Origin: Candidatus Kapaibacterium sp.
GTDB taxonomy: Bacteria > Bacteroidota > Ignavibacteria > Kapaibacteriales > UBA2268
Direction: 5' to 3'
Length of the DNA: 64,000 nt
NCBI GenBank assembly: GCA_026390695.1
Contig: JAPLFL010000070.1
Location: forward strand, 624-64,623
The notes beneath the pieces were generated by a model. The model was not told where the DNA came from, made no database searches, and saw nothing but the letters and a program-made list of their open reading frames with translations. Of the stretch, positions 9,958-20,700 are shown piece by piece; the stretch's first letter is position 1; each line of letters begins with the position of its first letter. The position numbers and the translations under genes were made by a program.

Positions 9958-10136
9958 TTTCCTGTCATTCCTGCGAATGCAGGATTCCCCTTAATTTTTA
10001 ATCTGTCATTCCTGCGAATGCAGGATTCCCCAATTGCGCCATGGAAGGGGATTCCCGCATTCGTGGGAATGACAGATACGTGAATATTTCGTGTTTTCAC
10101 ACAGTCTCGAATGCAGGAATCCCTTTCGTACAATCT
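9958..10136. repeat. Composite/degenerate copy of the palindromic MITE-like repeat family. Two direct units and one inverted hairpin unit, without the canonical ends
   Basis: gtcattcctgcgaatgcaggattcccc occurs twice directly, followed by the inverted ggggattcccgcattcgtgggaatgacag and then tcgaatgcaggaatccc. Shares the GTCATTCC(Y)GCG..GCRGGAATGAC core with copies at 12085, 17584 and 26262. Confidence 0.7.
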
Positions 10137-10740
10137 GTAAAATCAATTTCTACTTTTACATTCTTCATAAATTATTTCCAAACACCAATTAATTGATTTT
10201 AAATATATTACACACTTTTTTCAGCTATTTACGATTGCATACCACTGCATACTTATGACATCAAAATCAGATACAAACCTGATGTTCCTTTACTGCTGCT
10301 ACTGCTGATTTCCGGGTTTTTTGCATATTTTGCACTGCAAATGTAAAAATTCTACTTTTTTTGACCAATTTAATAAATTATTTTGCATGTCTTCTTAACC
10401 AATCTTACACATTTTTAACTTCATTTCTTTAAATAAAGAATTATTAATAAAAACACTATTACAAATTGTCTATTCTTCACAATTCATTCAAATAAATTGT
10501 TCACAAACGACACACGAAACAGTTTACAAAATAAATACAAATAAATTCGCATACATATAAAGATAATTTATTAATTCCATCACGAATCTGATTAAAATTT
10601 AATGTTTTTTCAAATTCGTTATATCTCCTTAATACAATAACACAAAAATAGTCAAAACATCTCCAAAAAAGTTTTTAATCATTTTTTTAATTGATAAAAT
10701 AACTTGACCTATTCTTATGTCGTTTCCTACTCGATAACTA

Positions 10741-10775
10741 AAAAAAAAGCCCTGAAAAATCAGAGCTTTTTTTGA
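10741..10775 (-). terminator. Rho-independent terminator downstream of the NlpC/P60 gene
   Basis: On the minus strand: aaagcTCTGAtttttCAGGGcttttttttt. A 9-10 bp stem with one G-U wobble followed by a T-run. On the plus strand the stem has a C-A mismatch, so minus orientation is favoured. Confidence 0.6.
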
Positions 10776-10796
10776 ATAACTAAAGATAATAAAAGA

Positions 10797-11648
10797 TTAT
10801 TCTTCGTCGTCAGGATTTGTAGCTGCACCGAATTTGGCCATGTCTGCGGTACGAAGCCGACGACCACCCAAAAAGCGGTTGCCGTAATATGTACTTTCAA
10901 GCGATGAAACGGTAACACCATACCTTGAACTTGAATGAGCAAACAAATTATCGCCAAGATATATTCCAACATGCGAAACATAAACTTTTCTGCGGGTATT
11001 GAAAAATACAAGATCGCCAAACTGAAGACCACGTCTTGTGATTGGTTTGCCTACTGTGTATTGTTCGTGAGCTGTACGAGGAAGAAGTGAATTTGATGCG
11101 GACTGGAAAATAAATCTTGTGAAGGCTGAACAGTCAATACCTCTGTTGGAAGATCCACCAAAATGGTATGGAGTACCGAGCCAATTCATTATCGTGCCCA
11201 TTAAATCAGATTTTTTGAGACCGTTTTCCATTACGTCATTAGGTGTTTCATCAACGTAGGAAAACCAAAGGTTGCGGAAGGATTCGATATCAACATTTAC
11301 GTCATCTTCAGCTTGAAGTTCGGAAATATCTTCACCTTCATCGATTAAATCATTATAAGGAGTAATTGCAGACTTAGTAGGATCATATTTATATGATTCA
11401 AGTCCTGCAAGTTCAGAAATCGTTTCGGAATTAGTCCGAATCGTTTCAATAGCCTGTGCTCTTGTCACATCTGGCTTATAATTCCTTTTTTTTGAGGATT
11501 TCTTATTCTTTTTAGAAACCTTGTGCTTTGTAGTCGTTTTTTTCTTTGCTGCGCCTTCAGCGTAGGTACCCCCAAAGAAAAAGAGACTCATAGTAACTAA
11601 AATTAGAACTGAAATCCTGACCATAGAAGTAGCTGGTTTGTAAACCAT
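10797..11648 (-). CDS. NlpC/P60 family peptidoglycan peptidase (C40), secreted
   Basis: Signal peptide, lysine-rich linker, then the C40 catalytic core GIDCSAFTRFIF ... HVGIYLGDNLFAHSSS (Cys-His-His). AAGGAG RBS 7 nt upstream. Confidence 0.75.
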   Translation of the reverse strand: MVYKPATSMVRISVLILVTMSLFFFGGTYAEGAAKKKTTTKHKVSKKNKKSSKKRNYKPDVTRAQAIETIRTNSETISELAGLESYKYDPTKSAITPYNDLIDEGEDISELQAEDDVNVDIESFRNLWFSYVDETPNDVMENGLKKSDLMGTIMNWLGTPYHFGGSSNRGIDCSAFTRFIFQSASNSLLPRTAHEQYTVGKPITRRGLQFGDLVFFNTRRKVYVSHVGIYLGDNLFAHSSSRYGVTVSSLESTYYGNRFLGGRRLRTADMAKFGAATNPDDEE

Positions 11649-12084
11649 AGTTGCTCCTTGAAAAGGTTAAACAAAATCATAGCTTAAGTAATTCTCGTCT
11701 GCGCAAAGCTATGTGAGTGCGGACGGCCAACAGCGAATGACCGCTCAAATGTAAATTTGAGTATTGTTCGGTGCATTCGATTTTCAAAATGGACAGTTTC
11801 ATTTTGATTAAAAAATATAGTTCAAAAAACAATGTGTAACAAAATGTACACTTTTAACGATTGCAATTAACATCTTTTTTCTCACTCAGCAAATTAATTC
11901 TTTTTCATACAGCAAATTATTTTTTAGGAATAGTTATAAATGTTAATAATATCAAGAAATTAGATACTTAGAAAAAAAATAAAAAAAATGTACTTCTTAT
12001 AAAGACGTATAAAAATCTTTACAATTGTGTACATTTTTCTTTACACTATTCTTTGGAACTGCATTTTAATTTACATTATATAAT

Positions 12085-12210
12085 TTTCTTAATGAATTAG
12101 GAATTATTGTCATTTGTGCGCATGCGGGAATCCCCTTCCAGTACCAATAAGGAGATTCCTGCATACGCACAAATGACAGACCTCAAGTAGGAAACGATAT
12201 TATTTATCGA
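12085..12210 (+). repeat. MITE-like palindromic repeat, copy C
   Basis: ttcttaatgaattaggaattattgtcatt + hairpin gtgcgcatgcgggaatcc + spacer + ggagattcctgcatacgcacaaatgacag + acctcaagtaggaaacgatat. Shares both ends with copies at 26262 and 17584 (inverted). Confidence 0.75.
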
Positions 12211-12378
12211 ATCAGAATTATCCTGATAAGACCATTTCTCATTAAACCAGCTCGTGGTCAGTGCTCTGAGAAACCTTCTGAAAAAGTAGAATGATAAAAA
12301 TATGACGTATATCAGAGTCCATAATTCAATAAAAATGAACATCTAACTTTCAAAACTTGATAAACTTTATTAACTCAT

Positions 12379-13263
12379 TTAATCGTTTCTGCCACGCAAT
12401 GAACAGGTAGGATTAATATTGCAAGTAGAGGAATCAAGAAAAAATTCTATGGTGGCATTAAATATTTTTGCTTTATTAGGCTGGAAATGAACTTCAATTG
12501 AACCATTGATATTAGGATAAATCATCTTTGGTAACTGATCAGGAGATATCAAAAACACAGAATCAGGATCTATTAATTTAAAACCTAAAACAGAAATTGC
12601 ATTTCTGCTATTATTAATCAAACTTATTTTCCGAATAATAGGATGCCCAATTTTTGTAGGGCCACAATCAAGATCAGGAACTTCGATACAAGGAACAGTG
12701 CCTTTTAGATACAGAATAGGGGTTTTAAAGCGTCCGAATTGAATTTGGCTGTAATAGATACCCACAGTATCAACCGGAGCGAATGAGGCGCTTAACTGTA
12801 AACTTGACTCAAACGAACCTGCAGCATTAATTACAATTGGCATTTTCTCCAAAACCTGAAAATTACGATTATCTGCATAATGAATAGAATCAATGATAAG
12901 CACTTCATCAGAAATATTTTTTATTGTAAACAAATGCTTCTTATAGCTGGTCAACGAGACCTGGCCGAAATCAAGAGTATCGTGATCAAGATTGAAATAT
13001 ATTTGTGAACCAGTTCCCGAACCCGGATCAAGTAAAGTTTTTTTACGTGAAGCATTAATATCGGTTGGTGATGCACAGGAATTTAATAAAATATAACCGC
13101 TTAAACTCAGAAATATAATGAGAATATTACAAGTACTACATTCAATGCCACAGCAGTTTTGGAACCGAATGAAAGTATTCATAAAATATAAAAGAGAACC
13201 TGATTTATTAATTGGTTTTTTAAATTTTAATATATTTTTTAGCTGTTTTAGCATATTCTTCAA
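12379..13263 (-). CDS. Lipoprotein with two ASH / choice-of-anchor-D-like beta-sandwich repeats. True start is probably an internal Met
   Basis: Internal signal peptide with lipobox LLNSC. Two repeats of the LDFGQV....K.L.I.N.S...L.I.S / LDCGPTKIGHPI..ISLINNS type. Directly downstream of the anti-sigma gene. Confidence 0.45.
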   Translation of the reverse strand: MKNMLKQLKNILKFKKPINKSGSLLYFMNTFIRFQNCCGIECSTCNILIIFLSLSGYILLNSCASPTDINASRKKTLLDPGSGTGSQIYFNLDHDTLDFGQVSLTSYKKHLFTIKNISDEVLIIDSIHYADNRNFQVLEKMPIVINAAGSFESSLQLSASFAPVDTVGIYYSQIQFGRFKTPILYLKGTVPCIEVPDLDCGPTKIGHPIIRKISLINNSRNAISVLGFKLIDPDSVFLISPDQLPKMIYPNINGSIEVHFQPNKAKIFNATIEFFLDSSTCNINPTCSLRGRND

Positions 13264-13272
13264 TTAATCAAA

Positions 13273-14514
13273 TTAAAATTTAACTGAAAATCCATAAGTC
13301 AAACCAAGTTTATTAGTCGAAAAATAATTCTCTTGATATTTATACAATAATAAGCCGTGCTCAATCCCTAAGGAAAATAATAAATTATCGGAAATGAACA
13401 GTTCCAGACCAACCGATTCCTTAATATAAGGCCCAATTCTTGTTCCTGCAATCAATGCGTGAATGAATGGCCGCATGTCAAAATATTTATCATAAGGTTT
13501 AACCGGACTTCCTGTATATTGATAAGAAAAGCCAGTCCAGAAGGCAACATAAGCCTGATTATAGCCATATTCATGTCCATCGGATTCTTTACCATGAAAT
13601 TTTTGCATCAGATCTTCCTGGCCTATTTCTATTCCCATCGAATGATTATCATTAATTTTATACATTAAATTTATAGCGAGATTATTAATGATTGGTTCGT
13701 TATAAGGAACAATATTAACATCAGGGATTGAACCTTGAGCCATTTTTCTGATATTTAAAGAGTAATTCTGGGCCTTAGTTTTTAAATATCTATCGTTTGA
13801 ATTATTAGTCTGAGTTACAATACTGAATATTTCGTGAGATTTCAAGGGTTGAACAACCGAATTTACGTTACTTGTTCTAATTTCACTAAAATTTTTATTT
13901 GAATTGAATTCAGGTTCAGGCTGCTGCACTGGTTGAGCCTGAACATTATCCGGAATGGATGGAATTCCTGCAATAAAGAGATAAGATGGCAATGAGAATG
14001 ATGTTTTACGAGTACTCTTGCTGATTTTATTGGTTGTAATTGGTTTTGTTTCAGTGGCAAGTTTTTTTACAGGTATAGAGCTTACCAATTCTTGGTTGGG
14101 CAAAGCATTATTCTGAACCATCTGATTCGAAATTTTATCGTCTTTCCCGACCGAACTAATAATCAAAGCTGTAGTCAGAGCCGATACTACAGTAGATCCA
14201 ACTATTGCGAAAATTCTTGATCCCAGAAATTTTGTGAAAAAATCAGCAACTCCAAAAGATGTTGGAGATACAAATGGGGCTGTCAATCCTGCTCCAATGC
14301 CTGCACCAATTAAAATTTTATTTTTTAGATTTGAAGGTGGAGCAACCACATTTCCTTTAAACATTTTTCGTAAACTAATGTGTTGGCGCATCTCCTCCTG
14401 CAAGTCAGAGTTTTGGGCAAGTTCATAAAAAAGATTACCCACATCAGATCCATGAAGCTCGCCATCTAAAAAGGCACATAAGCGTTCTGATGCCGTAAAT
14501 AATTCCTGATTCAT
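13273..14514 (-). CDS. Putative membrane anti-sigma factor with a large extracytoplasmic C-terminal domain
   Basis: Follows the ECF sigma gene after 28 bp. N-terminal ~60 aa resembles anti-sigma N-domains (ERLCAFLDGEL...). Gly/Ala-rich TM segment, then a ~290 aa beta-rich region ending ...GLTYGFSVKF. Confidence 0.45.
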   Translation of the reverse strand: MNQELFTASERLCAFLDGELHGSDVGNLFYELAQNSDLQEEMRQHISLRKMFKGNVVAPPSNLKNKILIGAGIGAGLTAPFVSPTSFGVADFFTKFLGSRIFAIVGSTVVSALTTALIISSVGKDDKISNQMVQNNALPNQELVSSIPVKKLATETKPITTNKISKSTRKTSFSLPSYLFIAGIPSIPDNVQAQPVQQPEPEFNSNKNFSEIRTSNVNSVVQPLKSHEIFSIVTQTNNSNDRYLKTKAQNYSLNIRKMAQGSIPDVNIVPYNEPIINNLAINLMYKINDNHSMGIEIGQEDLMQKFHGKESDGHEYGYNQAYVAFWTGFSYQYTGSPVKPYDKYFDMRPFIHALIAGTRIGPYIKESVGLELFISDNLLFSLGIEHGLLLYKYQENYFSTNKLGLTYGFSVKF

Positions 14515-14542
14515 AATATATACCTATAATTTATTTTCATAT

Positions 14543-15109
14543 TTAATCTTGATTGTTTTCCAGAAAATACGGTTGAAGTATTTGCCTTAATCTTTCTTTA
14601 GCTCTATATATCCTGATTCTTACCGAAGAAACGGATATTTCCAGAATGTCTGCAATCTCCTGATAACTTTTATCCAAATATTCCTTCAGAATTAAAATTT
14701 CTTTAAATTTTGGTGGAAGCGCATCCAATGCAGATTCTATTATCATAGTTTGTTCTTTTTGCTCATAAATATCTTCGTTAATTGATAAATTCAAGTCTTC
14801 AATCGTTACAAACGCATGATATTTTTTTTGCTTCTCGTTCAAACATAAATTTCTCGCAATTCTGAAAAGATAAGCAGCAATATTTGTCATGTTGCTCGTA
14901 GCTTTTTGAGTTTCAAGAAGTTTAATAAAAGCTTCCTGAAAAATATCGTTTGCAAGCTGACGATCGTTAAGAATCTTGAAACAATAAGTGTATAAATTTG
15001 TCGAATAACGAGAATACAGCTCTTCGAAAGCATTATTGGATTGGCTGGATTTATCCAAAATCAGCAAATACAGCTCTTCATCAGACCTATCAGTTATTCT
15101 ATTTCTCAT
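14543..15109 (-). CDS. RNA polymerase sigma-70 factor, ECF subfamily
   Basis: 188 aa. Region 2 (NNAFEELYSRYSTNLYTYCFKIL..ANDIFQEAFIKL) and region 4 HTH (LDKSYQEIADILEISVSSVRIRIYRAKERL). Confidence 0.8.
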   Translation of the reverse strand: MRNRITDRSDEELYLLILDKSSQSNNAFEELYSRYSTNLYTYCFKILNDRQLANDIFQEAFIKLLETQKATSNMTNIAAYLFRIARNLCLNEKQKKYHAFVTIEDLNLSINEDIYEQKEQTMIIESALDALPPKFKEILILKEYLDKSYQEIADILEISVSSVRIRIYRAKERLRQILQPYFLENNQD

Positions 15110-15416
15110 TTACAATTTATCCAAACCATTACAATTTCTTAAAAATATCTAATTTTCAAAATAGTTACAACACTTAACAGTAATAACAGTTCAAAATTGA
15201 AAATATTACATGTTTTGGGAAAATACTTGTAAGAATCACAAGTTTTTCATAATTTTATTTTAGTGAGAAAGTAAATCTTGTTAGTCCTATAAAATTTAAA
15301 TGATTTAAAACCCGCATGAATAGCGAAATCATTAAACCAAACTTTAAGCAAATTTGCATTCAAACTATTTTCTATAAATATAATAATATCTCGCAATTGA
15401 TAATTTCGGAGCTTTT

Positions 15417-16862
15417 TTGAATAAAAATAATAATTCCTCAAATACATACAAAAAATTAAAATTATTTACTTCAATTGCAATAGTAGTCGGAGCTGTAATC
15501 GGATCGGGTATTTTTAAAAAACCAGCACTGATGGCTTCCGAACTTGGCAATCCCACTCTCCTAATTGCAATTTGGGCTATTGCAGGAATTATTACATTAT
15601 TCGGAGCGTTGACCAATGCTGAAATTGCTGGTATTATCACTGCTACCGGTGGGCAGTACAAGTTCTTTGAAAAAATGTATGGTCGATTTTTTGCTTTTCT
15701 TTACGGCTGGGCTATTTTTGCAGTAATCCAAACAGGCTCAATTGCTTCAATTACTTACATTTTTTCAGAATATACCCAGTATTTTATTAAGCTACCAAGA
15801 TTCCCACAAGAAATAGAAAAAGCATACCATATCTATCTCCCGATGATAGGTTATATTTTTCCCCTTGAGAATATAGGAGTTAAATTATTAACTATTACTG
15901 TTGTTTGTGGATTATCATACATTAATTATCTCGGAATAATGTTCGGTGGAGTAATTGTTAATATATTTTCTTCTTTAAAAGTTGCAGCCATTCTTATCCT
16001 TGTTGCTTTTGCATTTACTTATTCAGGTGGAACAGTTGCCAATTTCACAGCATCAGCAATTTCAGTTTCCCATAGTGGGAAAGAGATATTCTTCGGAATC
16101 GTAATGGCACTTTCAGGTGCATTCTGGGCTTATGACGGATGGAATAATATTACTTATATAGCAGGTGAAATTGATCGTCCTCAACGGAATATCCCACTGG
16201 CTCTGACATTCGGTACAATTATTATTATTACGGTTTATATATTAATTAATCTGGCATACTTGTATGTTCTTCCTATTGATATAATTGCAAAATCCACACT
16301 CGTCGCCGCCGACGTAGCAAAGCTTTCCATTGGATCGCTTGGAGCATCATTTGTTGCAATGGCAGTGATGATTTCTACTTTCGGAACATCAAATGGTACT
16401 ATTATGGTTAGCGCCAGAGTTCATTTCGCAATGGCAAAAGATAAAATGTTTTTTAGTCCGATTGCTCAAATTAGTAAAAATAATACTCCCGGTAAATCCC
16501 TTGCCATTCAGGCTTTCTGGACATCTGTTCTGGTTTTAAGCGGAACTTTCGATATTTTAACAAATATGTTAATTTTTGTAAGTTGGATTTTTTACGCAGC
16601 AGGTGCGGCAGGTTTGTTTGTATTACGAAAAAAAATGCCAAATGTCGAGCGTCCATACAAAGTGTGGGGCTATCCTTATGTTCCAATAATTTTTGTTGTT
16701 GTAGCAAGTGCATTTGTAGTATTTACCTTATATTGCGATATTGATAATTACCTAAGCGGTAAGAGTCAGTTGATAAACTCATTATTTGGTTTATTACTAT
16801 GTGCAACCGGTATTCCATTTTATTTATATTTCAAATATAAGCAGAACAAACACGTTAATTAG
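15417..16862 (+). CDS. APC-family amino acid permease
   Basis: Twelve-TM profile. [17 protein letters not shown] amino acid permease signature near the N-terminus. Apparent TTG start with GGAG 6 nt upstream. Confidence 0.7.
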   Translation: MNKNNNSSNTYKKLKLFTSIAIVVGAVIGSGIFKKPALMASELGNPTLLIAIWAIAGIITLFGALTNAEIAGIITATGGQYKFFEKMYGRFFAFLYGWAIFAVIQTGSIASITYIFSEYTQYFIKLPRFPQEIEKAYHIYLPMIGYIFPLENIGVKLLTITVVCGLSYINYLGIMFGGVIVNIFSSLKVAAILILVAFAFTYSGGTVANFTASAISVSHSGKEIFFGIVMALSGAFWAYDGWNNITYIAGEIDRPQRNIPLALTFGTIIIITVYILINLAYLYVLPIDIIAKSTLVAADVAKLSIGSLGASFVAMAVMISTFGTSNGTIMVSARVHFAMAKDKMFFSPIAQISKNNTPGKSLAIQAFWTSVLVLSGTFDILTNMLIFVSWIFYAAGAAGLFVLRKKMPNVERPYKVWGYPYVPIIFVVVASAFVVFTLYCDIDNYLSGKSQLINSLFGLLLCATGIPFYLYFKYKQNKHVN

Positions 16863-16906
16863 TTGTTCATTAAATATGTGTTTCGGACTAAATCAAAGGA
16901 TTTAAT

Positions 16907-17563
16907 ATGAGCGCTCTATTGTATTCAATTCATTCAAAAACACCTGAATTACGTAAAATCAGACAGGTTGCCGATGCTCTGCGCCAAGGGGCAGTAGTAC
17001 TCTATCCTACCGACTCCGGTTTTACACTTGGTTGTGAATTATCTAATAAAGATGCTATTTCGAGAATCAGAGCTATACGAAATATTCCTGAAACAAAAGA
17101 GATGACGTTCCTGTGCCGCGATTTGACCAATCTGAGCGAATTTGCACGAGTTTCAACTCATGCTTACCGGACTATTAAAGGTCTGATTCCCGGCCCATAT
17201 ACGTTTATTTTACCAGCATCGAAAATGGTTCCTAAATTTGCACAACTTGCCAAACGAAAGACAGCAGGAATCCGCGTTCCCGATAATATTTTAGTTCAAC
17301 TACTTTTAAAAGATCTCGGATCACCGATAATTTCAATTTCTGCAAAAATCTCAAATGACGATGTTGAACATAGTCCTGATGCAATTCTTGCAGCATTTAC
17401 AAAATTAGTTGATGTGGCTGTTCAATCCGATGACTATCATTTTCTTGGAGAATCAACTTTGATAGACATGACCAATGAAGAATTCTTAATCACAAGACGT
17501 GGTGCTGGTTATGACAGAGTTCACGAATTTATTGAGACTGAATCTTCCGAAGAGGAGAGCTGA
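16907..17563 (+). CDS. YrdC/YciO/Sua5-family protein (L-threonylcarbamoyladenylate synthase-like)
   Basis: LRQGAVVLYPTDSGFTLGCELSNKDAISRIRAIR matches the YrdC consensus (YPTDT.YGLGCD..N..AV.RIF.IK.R), together with the downstream K..AGIRVPD motif. Confidence 0.65.
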   Translation: MSALLYSIHSKTPELRKIRQVADALRQGAVVLYPTDSGFTLGCELSNKDAISRIRAIRNIPETKEMTFLCRDLTNLSEFARVSTHAYRTIKGLIPGPYTFILPASKMVPKFAQLAKRKTAGIRVPDNILVQLLLKDLGSPIISISAKISNDDVEHSPDAILAAFTKLVDVAVQSDDYHFLGESTLIDMTNEEFLITRRGAGYDRVHEFIETESSEEES

Positions 17564-17583
17564 GTTGTTATGAGTTATGAGTT

Positions 17584-17717
17584 ATATCGTTTCCTACTTG
17601 AAGGCTGTCATTCCTGCGTATGCAGGAATCTCCTGATTAGTATTGGAAGTTGATTCCCGCATGCGCGGGAATGACAATAATTCCTAATTCATTAAGGAAA
17701 TGATATTATTAGAATTA
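17584..17717 (-). repeat. MITE-like palindromic repeat, copy B (inverted orientation)
   Basis: The reverse complement reads atatcatttccttaatgaattaggaattattgtcattcccgcgcatgcgggaatc...ggagattcctgcatacgcaggaatgacagccttcaagtaggaaacgatat. Terminal inverted repeats are ATATCRTTTCC / GGAAACGATAT. Confidence 0.75.
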
Positions 17718-17795
17718 GAAATTTCTAAATTTATATTAAAATATGGATTTAGAATATTCAGTAAATTAATAATAATGCACATAACTCATAATTAT

Positions 17796-20700
17796 TTACC
17801 TCTTCACAAATTGCTTTCTAATTTCATAATTTTGTGATTTTAAAATCACAAAATATGCTCCTACTGCTAAGTTTGCCGTCGATATTTCCTTGATTGAATT
17901 TCCACCCAAAAATGCCATTTCCCGATGGATGACACTTCCACTGAGATTATTCACCATTATTTCATAAATCTCAGTTTCCAACAAAGGTAACGCAATCGTC
18001 AGTTTATCATCGGCAGGGTTAGGGTAAAGGTTGGCTAAGTACTGCAATCCTGAGTCTTCAACATATTTTTTAACTCCAACTGTAAAGCAGTGATATATCA
18101 AATGACCGAAATCAGGATTGAATGCTTTAATTGTCTTTTTATCCAAACCCATAAAACTCAAAGCACCGCTCCCTTGGCTCGGATCAGCCCAATATGAAAA
18201 ACCTTCGTTATATGGATCAAATATTTCAAGTGTGTAGCAGCCATCTTTCAGGCTAATTGTATCAGTGATCCGTGTCTGTGTAGCCAAATTACTTGGACTA
18301 TATATTATATTACCATTTGCATCTTTAATCTCAAAAGAATAGTCGAAAGGTCGTAGATTTGTTAGATAATTAATAATGAATTTATTCGGATAAATATCAG
18401 GTATCCGATAAACAGAATGAGCAGTATTATTAGTTAAATAAGTGTCCTGATTGCCATCATTGAGATTTACGATACAATTAAAAACTCTTGTGCTATCACC
18501 AATCCACAGTTGGCTATCAGCCCAGGGTAGTGAAATTGTTTCGGTCATATTTGGCTTAATAAGACCGTTCCAGTCATAAGTTTGCTCTATACTGCCTGCC
18601 ACACTATATTTAAAGCTCAGTTTAGTTAAATCATTTGCTGACGAATTATTCCTGATAATAACTGAAGGATTAGCACAGATCGGGTTTTTACGAGAATAAT
18701 ATGGAGTAATATTAGGTGTAATAATATCCAATAATTCGACGTCATAATCATTATTTGCTTTATCATACTCGAAAAGCTGCATTGAGACTACATAATTCCC
18801 AGATCCCATTCCAAGATTGGTTGCCGGAACTTTTGAAATATCATAATCAATATTCAAAGTGTCATTTTTGATAAATTTCTGAACTTCAAAAACAAAATCA
18901 GGCACAATATCGCCAGGGCACCAGCCTTCGCGGGATCCTGGCCAAGTACCACCCTGTGGGTAAACCGGATTTGAAGCACAATCGAATTCACGCCAGATAT
19001 GCCAAGTACATTCCTTAATACCATTGAACAGAAGGGAATGTTCATTGTCTTTCCATTCGCAGCAATGAGGGTATTGTCCATTATTACTCTGATGACCGTG
19101 ACCAGTGAGTCTTGTTATTATTTTAGATTGCTTAATATCCTTGCTGATAGGTACATTTAATTTACTAAGTCTGGTATCATTTGATAAACTGGCATAGTTT
19201 AAATCTAAAAAAGCTCCATGATTATTCTCCTGCCATAGCTTAGTAATTTTTTTGACATTTCTCGGAGGAGTGCCTTTGATCATATAAAAAGTGACCTCTG
19301 GGAGCTCTTGTTGATTTCCTACTTCAAAATCAACATTTCCTTTTAACAGAGAAGCATAATCTGTCACATCATAGAACCATGTAAAGCCATTAGGGCCAAG
19401 ATCAAGCATCTTGCCATAAGGAGTAATAAATCTCCCGATTTCATAAGCTTCTTTTATTTCATAAGGATCGGAATAATATGTGTTACTGGAATTTGATATT
19501 TTGGTTTGAAAATCCAAATACAGAGAATCTATTTTATTCGAATTAGGATTGTAAACCCAGCACCAGCCTGGTTGGCAGGCATAAATTGTATCAATCTGTT
19601 TCGGTTTATTATTTACTATCGCCCATTTTTGTATATAATATTTTCTTGCAAAAACTGTATCTGCAACAATAGTTGTATCGTTTTTAATTTTATAAGTTCC
19701 GGCAAAGAGAGCCATGTTTGGTAGAATATTATTTAGCTTTACATTGAATTGCATATCATCTTTGGATAGTTTATTATATGACGGGAATCCGAATGGTTTT
19801 ACATTTTGACTAAGTCCTGACTGATCTTTAAGATAATTTAAAGTATCATTCATCGGAAGATAAAGAATAAGGTTTTTTTGCGAAGGATGGCTGCTATCAA
19901 TTGGTTTGAGCATCCATACTTTTATTACTGAATCAGTTAAATCGGTTTTCCAAGCACGAATTTCAAACAATTTACCATTAAGATTTTCACCAACTATGAA
20001 CGGAGATTTCAAATCAGGTGTCCATTGCGGGATAGGTGTTCCACGTACTGTCAGAGCCACCGAAGAGCCATTGATTAAGAGTCTTAACCTGTTATTTTCA
20101 TTGGCTTGAGTGCCGTCAAAAACTAATGCAACATGAGTCCAAGTCTGCTTTGGGAGAGCATTTTTTGCATAAGCATAAGAGTTAGTCCAGTTGCGCATAA
20201 TACAATACACGTCACCTGCCGCGGTTAATTCAATTCCTATTTTCCCACCTTTTTCCATAAAGCGCGCCCAGTCAACTCCATTCGATATATAAACCCAACC
20301 TTCAAGAGTAAATTTTTGTAATCCATCAAATTGAGGAACTAATCCGCAATCTACATAATCATCACCTTCGAAATTCATGCAGTATGCTTTGTCATTTGCC
20401 GCTATAGATGTGCCGTTTGAACAAATAATTTTAACAGGATTATTATTGCTGAGTCCGTCATAAGAAATCTGAACCACCATACCCAACAAAGATGAGTATG
20501 TAAATGGCATTGAAAGCGGGATATTGATCCATCCATCTTTCGAAATAGTTAAATCTCCCTGGAAATATGTCTCAAAATTATTTGCGAAAAAAGCGCTTGT
20601 ATCATTGCTAAGGAATAACTTCAAGGTGAAATTTTTTATCGTTGTTCCAGTTCCGGAAAAATTAAATTTCATCATGTTATACTGACCGCTTTTGACTCCT

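Noticed and set aside
9927-10133. 68-aa ORF (…NPAFAGMTGNNFF…) in the six-frame track
   Set aside because: It lies entirely within the palindromic repeat cluster. The peptide is the translation of the GC-rich hairpin units, with no RBS or start context. Equivalent 'proteins' would arise at every repeat copy.
9958-10136. Direct repeats that could be mistaken for a small CRISPR array
   Set aside because: The units are self-palindromic and irregularly spaced, and one is inverted. Related units are dispersed at three other loci with conserved non-repeat flanks. No cas genes are nearby.
12097-12342. 81-aa ORF overlapping repeat copy C
   Set aside because: Its first ~35 codons are translated from the MITE-like element. 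The remainder is AT-rich intergenic sequence with no conserved features.
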